Assembly: GCA_902773435.1 (NCBI GenBank)
Contig: CACYEN010000151.1
Location: forward strand, 1,195 to 65,194
DNA: 64,000 nt
Direction of reading: 5' to 3'
Source of the DNA: an uncultured Lachnospiraceae bacterium
GTDB lineage: Bacteria > Bacillota > Clostridia > Lachnospirales > Lachnospiraceae
Part shown: positions 58,750 to 64,000 of the stretch, piece after piece
Layout of the letters: each line of letters opens with the position of its first letter
Numbering within the stretch: the first letter of the stretch is position 1
Made by a program: the position numbers and the translations under genes
The notes under the pieces: generated by a model
The model's database searches: none
What the model was told of the DNA's origin: nothing
Seen by the model: the letters and a program-made list of their open reading frames with translations, nothing else

Positions 58750-59754
58750 ATGGACAGAAGAGTAACCCTGGCGCACGGCGCGGGAGGAAAGCAGACCGGA
58801 GAGCTGATCCGCGAGGTTTTCAGGAAGCATTTTTCCAATCCGGAATTTACCGCGGACGACGCGGCCGTCCTCGATCTCGGGACGGGCAGGATCGCGATGA
58901 CGACGGACGGTTTCATCGTCTCCCCGTACAGGTTTCCTGGCGGCAACATCGGAAAGCTCAGCATCTGCGGGACCGTCAACGACCTGGCGTGCATGGGCGC
59001 GAAGCCGATGTACATGACCTGCTCGTTCGTCATCGAGGAGGGATTCCCGATGGACGAGCTGGAGGAGATCGCCGCGGCGATGGAGAAGACCGCCGCGGAG
59101 GCGGGCGTGCGGATCGTGGCGGGCGACACGAAGGTCGCCGGAAAGGGGCAGGTTGACCATGTCTTTATCACGACGACCGGCATCGGGGCGCTGACGGAGG
59201 GCGTGTCCCTGTCGGGCGCGAAAGCCCGCCCGGGCGACGCGGTCATCGTGACCGGCGATGTCGGCCGGCACGGCTGCACGATTCTCCTCGCCAGGGAGGA
59301 GCTGGGAATCGACGCCGACGTGAAGAGCGACTGTGCGCCGCTCTCCGGGCTCGTGGAATCCGTGCTGAGGGCGACGAAAGACATACACGTGATCAGGGAC
59401 GCGACGCGGGGCGGCGTCGGCACCGTCCTCTACGAGATCGCGGAACAGAGCGGCGTCGGCGTGCGCGTCGACCAGGCTGCGGTGCCCGTGGACGGGGCTG
59501 TCGGCGGCGTGTGCGGCATGCTGGGACTCGACCCGCTCTATCTCGCCAACGAGGGGACCATGGTCGTCGTCGCGCCGAAGGAGCGCGCGGAGAGCGTGCT
59601 CGAAGCGCTTCACTCCCACCCGTACGGTGAGAAGGCCGCCCTCATCGGCGAGATCACCGGGGACAACGCGGGCAAAGTCATCGTCACGACCGAGATCGGC
59701 ACGGAGACCCTTCTTCCCCAGCCGGGGGGAGAACTGCTGCCGAGGATCTGCTGA
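58750..59754 (+). CDS. hypE: HypE carbamoyl dehydratase
   Basis: LAHGAGG, GTVNDL, GDTKV, RDATRGG, ANEG, C-terminal LPRIC. Confidence 0.98.
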   Translation: MDRRVTLAHGAGGKQTGELIREVFRKHFSNPEFTADDAAVLDLGTGRIAMTTDGFIVSPYRFPGGNIGKLSICGTVNDLACMGAKPMYMTCSFVIEEGFPMDELEEIAAAMEKTAAEAGVRIVAGDTKVAGKGQVDHVFITTTGIGALTEGVSLSGAKARPGDAVIVTGDVGRHGCTILLAREELGIDADVKSDCAPLSGLVESVLRATKDIHVIRDATRGGVGTVLYEIAEQSGVGVRVDQAAVPVDGAVGGVCGMLGLDPLYLANEGTMVVVAPKERAESVLEALHSHPYGEKAALIGEITGDNAGKVIVTTEIGTETLLPQPGGELLPRIC

Positions 59755-59786
59755 GGCGGACGGCCGCCTCACAAGCGGGGTTTTGA

Positions 59787-60854
59787 ATGAACGTGAATCT
59801 TTCAGAGAAAATCATATTAAGGCTCGCCGAAGAAGGGGACCTTCCCGATTCTGAACTTCTCGCGCTGATCGGGAGCGGGGAGTTCGACGGCCTGCTGTTC
59901 CGCCTCGCCGACCTGAAGCGCCGCGAGCGCTACGGGGACGAGGTCTTCGTCAGGGGTCTCATCGAATTCTCCAATTACTGCAGAAATGACTGCTACTACT
60001 GCGGAATCCGCCGGAGCAACGGCAGCGCGGAGCGCTACCGCCTGACGAAGGAAGAGATCATGGAGTGCGCCGCCTCGGGGTACGGGCTCGGCTACAGGAC
60101 ATTTGTGCTTCAGAGCGGCGAGGATCCGTATTATACTGATGACAGGATCTGTGAGATCGTGGCCGCGCTCCGCGCCGCCCACCCGGACTGCGCGATCACG
60201 CTGTCGATCGGGGAGAAGCCTAAGGAGAGCTACAGGGCTTATTTCGAGGCCGGGGCGAACCGCTACCTGCTCCGCCACGAGACCGCGGACAGCGGCCACT
60301 ACGGGAAACTTCACCCGGCATCCATGAGCCCTGACAACAGGAAGCGCTGTCTCTTCGACCTGAAGGAGATCGGCTACCAGGTCGGCGCGGGTTTCATGGT
60401 CGGGACGCCCGGCCAGACAGCGGAGAACCTCGTCAGCGACTTCCGGTTTATGCAGGAACTCAGGCCGGACATGATCGGGATCGGCCCGTTCATGACGCAC
60501 AGCCAGACGCCGTTTGCCGGCTGCCCGAACGGGAGCTTTCCCCTCACGCTGCGGCTGCTCGCGGTCACGAGGCTGATGTTCCCGTACGCCCTGATCCCGG
60601 CGACGACCGCGCTCGGGACGATTCATCCGCTGGGAAGGGAGCAGGGGCTTAAGGCGGGCTGCAACGTCGTGATGCCGAATCTCTCGCCGGTGAGGTTCAG
60701 GAAGAAGTACGAGCTCTACGACAACAAGATCTGCACGGGAGAGGAGTCGGCCGAGTGCCGCTCCTGCCTGGAGGCCCGCGTCGCGGCCGCCGGCTACAGG
60801 GTGGTGACGGACGTCGGGGACGTGAGGCGGGATCCCGGAGCCGCCGGGAGATAA
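59787..60854 (+). CDS. hydE: Radical SAM H-cluster maturase HydE
   Basis: RGLIEFSNYCRNDCYYCGIR, LQSGED, YLLRHET, MIGIGPF, PATTAL, NVVMPN, YELYDNK and C-terminal Cx7Cx2C. Confidence 0.92.
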   Translation: MNVNLSEKIILRLAEEGDLPDSELLALIGSGEFDGLLFRLADLKRRERYGDEVFVRGLIEFSNYCRNDCYYCGIRRSNGSAERYRLTKEEIMECAASGYGLGYRTFVLQSGEDPYYTDDRICEIVAALRAAHPDCAITLSIGEKPKESYRAYFEAGANRYLLRHETADSGHYGKLHPASMSPDNRKRCLFDLKEIGYQVGAGFMVGTPGQTAENLVSDFRFMQELRPDMIGIGPFMTHSQTPFAGCPNGSFPLTLRLLAVTRLMFPYALIPATTALGTIHPLGREQGLKAGCNVVMPNLSPVRFRKKYELYDNKICTGEESAECRSCLEARVAAAGYRVVTDVGDVRRDPGAAGR

Positions 60855-60946
60855 GCGGGATCCGCTTAAGCGGATGCCAGGACAGGACCCGCGCCGGCTG
60901 ACGGGACCAGCCCTGTCGTGAATACACCGATGAAGGAGGAAGAGGC

Positions 60947-62077
60947 ATGCCGGATGCGAGAATCATCTCCGCGGGATACGTCTCGCTCGATTTTACACCG
61001 AAATTTCCCGATACCGGAAACAGCAGGGGAATCGGAATTTTCCGCCCCGGAAAACTCATCGAGGTGGGCGCGGCGACGGTCGCGCCCGGCGGAAGCGTCA
61101 CCAATACCGGGCTTGCGCTCGTGCGCCTCGGTGCCGACGCCGTCCTCATGGCGAGGATCGGAAATGACGAGTTCGGCACCATACTCATGGACAAGTACCG
61201 CCGCTGGGGCGCGGAACCCGCCTTCCAGGTCGCCGACGGCGAGGAGACCAGCTACACGGTGGTGCTCACCCCGCCCGGATGCGACCGCATCTTTCTCTCC
61301 GATCCCGGGGCGAACGGCACGGTGACCGCGGACGATTTCCCGATGGAGACGATCCGGACCGCCCAGTACTTCCACTTCGGCTATCCGACGCTGATGAGGC
61401 AGTTCTACATAAACGGCGGAGAGGAGACCGTCAGGCTGTTCAGGAAGGTCAAGGAGGCGGGGCTCGTGACCTCGCTGGACCTCACGGTCATCGACCCGGA
61501 TTCCCCCGCCGGCCAGGAGGACTGGAAGGGCATTCTCGGGAGGGTCCTTCCCTATGTGGACCTCTTCGCTCCGAGCTTCGAGGAGGTCTGCGCGATCCTT
61601 ATGCCGGAGAAATACGCGGAACTGCTGAAGAAGGCCGACGGGGACGACGTGTGCCTGCACCTGAGCCTGTCAAACGACGTCAGGCCGCTCGCGGAGGAAG
61701 TGCTCTCCCTCGGCTGCCGCGCCGTGCTCCTCAAGTGCGGGGCAGCGGGCATAGGCATCTGGACGAGGAGCCAGCGGGAAATGGATTCCATCGGGGGCGC
61801 CTTTCCCTCCGCGGGCTGGGGGGACCTGTCGATCTTCGCCGAGAGCTTCGTGCCCGACCGCGTCGCGTCGGGAACCGGGGCAGGGGACAACGCAATCGCC
61901 GCGTTCCTCTTCAGCATGTCGAGGGGGATGACGCCGGAGCAGTGCCTCGATAACGCCGCGGGGGCGGGCGCCCTGAACATCACGGAATACGATTCCTTAA
62001 GCGGCCTCATCCCGATCGACGACCTCATGGAGAGGATCGCCGGGGGCTGGGAGAGACAGCATGTCATCGCGGAATGA
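60947..62077 (+). CDS. PfkB-family carbohydrate kinase
   Basis: PGGSVTNTG, IGNDEFG, GTGAGD. Confidence 0.9.
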   Translation: MPDARIISAGYVSLDFTPKFPDTGNSRGIGIFRPGKLIEVGAATVAPGGSVTNTGLALVRLGADAVLMARIGNDEFGTILMDKYRRWGAEPAFQVADGEETSYTVVLTPPGCDRIFLSDPGANGTVTADDFPMETIRTAQYFHFGYPTLMRQFYINGGEETVRLFRKVKEAGLVTSLDLTVIDPDSPAGQEDWKGILGRVLPYVDLFAPSFEEVCAILMPEKYAELLKKADGDDVCLHLSLSNDVRPLAEEVLSLGCRAVLLKCGAAGIGIWTRSQREMDSIGGAFPSAGWGDLSIFAESFVPDRVASGTGAGDNAIAAFLFSMSRGMTPEQCLDNAAGAGALNITEYDSLSGLIPIDDLMERIAGGWERQHVIAE

Positions 62078-62216
62078 GGGACCGCCCAATCCGGGGGACG
62101 GAACCTTCCCGGAGAGGGATCGTCACTTGATGCGGAGCCGGAGAAGGATGTAAAATAACAGCAGAAAGCCGGAACCGCGCGCGGTGCGCGGCCCGATTCA
62201 GGAAGGGAGTCATTAT

Positions 62217-63077
62217 ATGCTTGTCAGTCTGAAATCAATTCTCGATATCGCCGAGTCAAGAGGCATCGCGATCGGCGCGTTCAACGTCACGACGCTCGAG
62301 GGAATCCGGTCGCTCGTCGAAGCCGCGGAGGAGCTGGACCAGCCGGTCATCATGCAGTTCGCGAATTCCGCGCACAGGGAGCTGATCTCACTCGAGATGA
62401 TCGGTCCCATTATGATGTACTTCGCGGAGGACGCAAAAGTGCCGGTCTGCGTGCACCTCGACCACGGCGAGACGTTCGACGAGGTCCGGAGGGCGCTCGA
62501 CCTCGGGTTCACCGGCGTCATGTACGACGGGTCCATGCTTCCGTTTGAGCAGAATGCCGCCAATTCACGGGTGGTCGTCGAGATGGCGGAGAAGTGCGGG
62601 GCTTCCGTCGAGGCGGAGATCGGGGCGATGGGCCGCGAGGAATTCGCCTCCGTCGGCGACAGCGGCCACGAGGCCGTCGAGGCCGTCTACACGGATCCCG
62701 ACCAGGCCGCGAAGTTCGTGAGGGAGACCGGGGTCGACTGCCTCGCCTGCTCGTTCGGCACCGTGCACGGAATCTACATGAGTGAGCCGCATCTCGACAT
62801 CCCGCGCGTCGGCGAGATCCACAGGAAAGCCGGAGTCCCGGTCGTCATGCACGGGGGATCCGGCGTGAGCGACGACGACTACAGGGCTGTTATCGCCGAG
62901 GGCGTCCGCAAGATCAACTACTACACGTATTCGGCCAAGTTCGCCGGAGACTTCGTCCGCGAAAAGATCGCCGCGGCGAAGGGCAACATCTACTTCCACG
63001 ACATCGCCGCCTGGGGTGCGGAGTCGATGAAGGATACCTATCAGAAGGCGATCCGGGTGTTCTCGGGGCTGCAGTGA
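62217..63077 (+). CDS. fba: Class II fructose/tagatose-bisphosphate aldolase
   Basis: AIGAFN, VHLDHG, VMYDGS, VEAEIG, GTVHG, VMHGGSG. Confidence 0.93.
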   Translation: MLVSLKSILDIAESRGIAIGAFNVTTLEGIRSLVEAAEELDQPVIMQFANSAHRELISLEMIGPIMMYFAEDAKVPVCVHLDHGETFDEVRRALDLGFTGVMYDGSMLPFEQNAANSRVVVEMAEKCGASVEAEIGAMGREEFASVGDSGHEAVEAVYTDPDQAAKFVRETGVDCLACSFGTVHGIYMSEPHLDIPRVGEIHRKAGVPVVMHGGSGVSDDDYRAVIAEGVRKINYYTYSAKFAGDFVREKIAAAKGNIYFHDIAAWGAESMKDTYQKAIRVFSGLQ

Positions 63078-63156
63078 CGGAAAGCGGCGGGAGACATCCC
63101 CGGCCTGCGGCCCGCACTCCCCGCTGACCGGGACAGGCCGATCGGAATCAACGGAC

Positions 63157-63198
63157 AAAAAAAGCCCGGGGCGGTTTGATATGCCGCCCCGGGCTTTT
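63157..63198. terminator. Bidirectional terminator between fba and malY
   Basis: AAAAAAAGCCCGGGGCGG...CCGCCCCGGGCTTTT. Confidence 0.8.
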
Positions 63199-63219
63199 CC
63201 CGTGCCGGTCAGATACCGG

Positions 63220-64000
63220 TCAGAAGACGTATTTCCTGAGCCGCTCGAACGCCTCCTCCACGTAGAGCGTCGGGAGCGCGAGATTGATCCTCAGGCTGTA
63301 CTTCCCGTGGAACATCCTGCCGTCCTGAAGCGCGACGCCCTTGTCCCAGCAGGCGGTTTCGAGGTCATCCATGCTCTTTCCGTGCGCGCGGCACCAACCC
63401 TCGCAGTCCGGGAAGATCATGTAGGTGCCCTCCGGCCTGCGGAGCGTGACGCCCTCGAAGTCCTCGATGTACCCGGCGGCGAGGCGGACATTTTTCTCAA
63501 TGACCGCGCACATCTCGTCTGTCCACTTCATCCCCTCGTCCGTGTAAGCCCCGGTCAGCGCGTACATGGAGAGGACGTTCATGTTGTTGTAGTGGGACAG
63601 GGAGGCCTCCTTCTTCACCCGGTCGCCGAGGCGGCGGTTGTAGATGACGCGGTAGCTCCCGACGAGTCCCGCGAGATTGAAGGTCTTCGACGGGGCGTAG
63701 AGCGCGACCGTGTTGTCGCGGAGGTAGTCCGTCGCGGACTGGGTCGGGATGTGCCGGTGCCCCTCAAGGATGATGTCCGACCAGATCTCGTCGGATATGA
63801 CCGAGACCTCGTATTTTTCGCAGAGCTCCGACAGCATAAGGAGCTCCTGCTCCTCCCAGACCCTCCCGCAGGGGTTGTGCGGCGAGCAGAAGATCATCGC
63901 GTGAATGTCGTTCTCGCGGATCTTTTTCTCCATGTCGTCGAAGTCCATCCGGAGGACGTTCCGGCCGTCGGGAATGAGCTCGCTGTGGACGATATGATAG
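63220..64000 (-). CDS. MalY/PatB-family PLP C-S lyase (partial, 5' end off window)
   Basis: FCSPHNPCGRVW, ISDEIWSD, APSKTFNLAG, PEGTYM, RINLA; frame stays open to the window edge. Confidence 0.92.
   Translation of the reverse strand, partial: YHIVHSELIPDGRNVLRMDFDDMEKKIRENDIHAMIFCSPHNPCGRVWEEQELLMLSELCEKYEVSVISDEIWSDIILEGHRHIPTQSATDYLRDNTVALYAPSKTFNLAGLVGSYRVIYNRRLGDRVKKEASLSHYNNMNVLSMYALTGAYTDEGMKWTDEMCAVIEKNVRLAAGYIEDFEGVTLRRPEGTYMIFPDCEGWCRAHGKSMDDLETACWDKGVALQDGRMFHGKYSLRINLALPTLYVEEAFERLRKYVF

Noticed and set aside
54881-59754. [NiFe]-hydrogenase operon
   Set aside because: No large or small subunit, hypA/B or maturation protease in the window; they could be elsewhere in the genome, which I cannot see.
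59787-60854. Biotin synthase BioB or PylB
   Set aside because: YLLRHET, PATTAL, YxLYxxK and the Cx7Cx2C tail, plus the hydF/TM1266 context, fit HydE better.
60947-63077. pfkB and fba as part of the metallocofactor system
   Set aside because: Ordinary sugar-phosphate enzymes; fba has its own promoter-like sequence (TTGATG-18-TAAAAT at 62127-62156) and no functional link is evident.

Overview
GC-rich chromosomal window from an anaerobic Firmicute (Clostridia/Lachnospiraceae-like, inferred from gene content, sigma-A promoters and protein similarity recalled from memory). I saw no rRNA, tRNA, CRISPR array or mobile element. Left to right: the 3' end of glmS; a pyrG / degenerate glutamine-synthetase / ANTAR / LysR block; nifS-nifU; a heterodimeric ABC exporter; a fused DhaKL kinase; a 5'-truncated sugar ABC ATPase; a YesM/YesN-type sensor system with its own binding protein; two paralogous tripartite tricarboxylate transporter (TctCBA) catabolic clusters sharing an uncharacterised beta-propeller and a TIM-barrel isomerase; an AraC-controlled oligosaccharide ABC + GH3 + esterase locus; a flavodoxin-OhrR-Gpx operon; and pfkB-fba-malY at the end. 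The standout is 46.3-60.9 kb. hydF is divergent from an apparent operon of a TM1266-type [FeFe]-hydrogenase accessory gene, two complete nitrogenase-like modules (NifH-like + two NifD/K-like each), hypF-hypC-hypD-hypE and hydE. The window has no hydG, hypA/B, nifB/E/N or hydrogenase subunit. This looks like a hybrid metallocofactor-assembly system, possibly a HydG-independent route to the H-cluster or to a new Fe-CO/CN cofactor. All calls come from motif recognition by eye; no searches were run.
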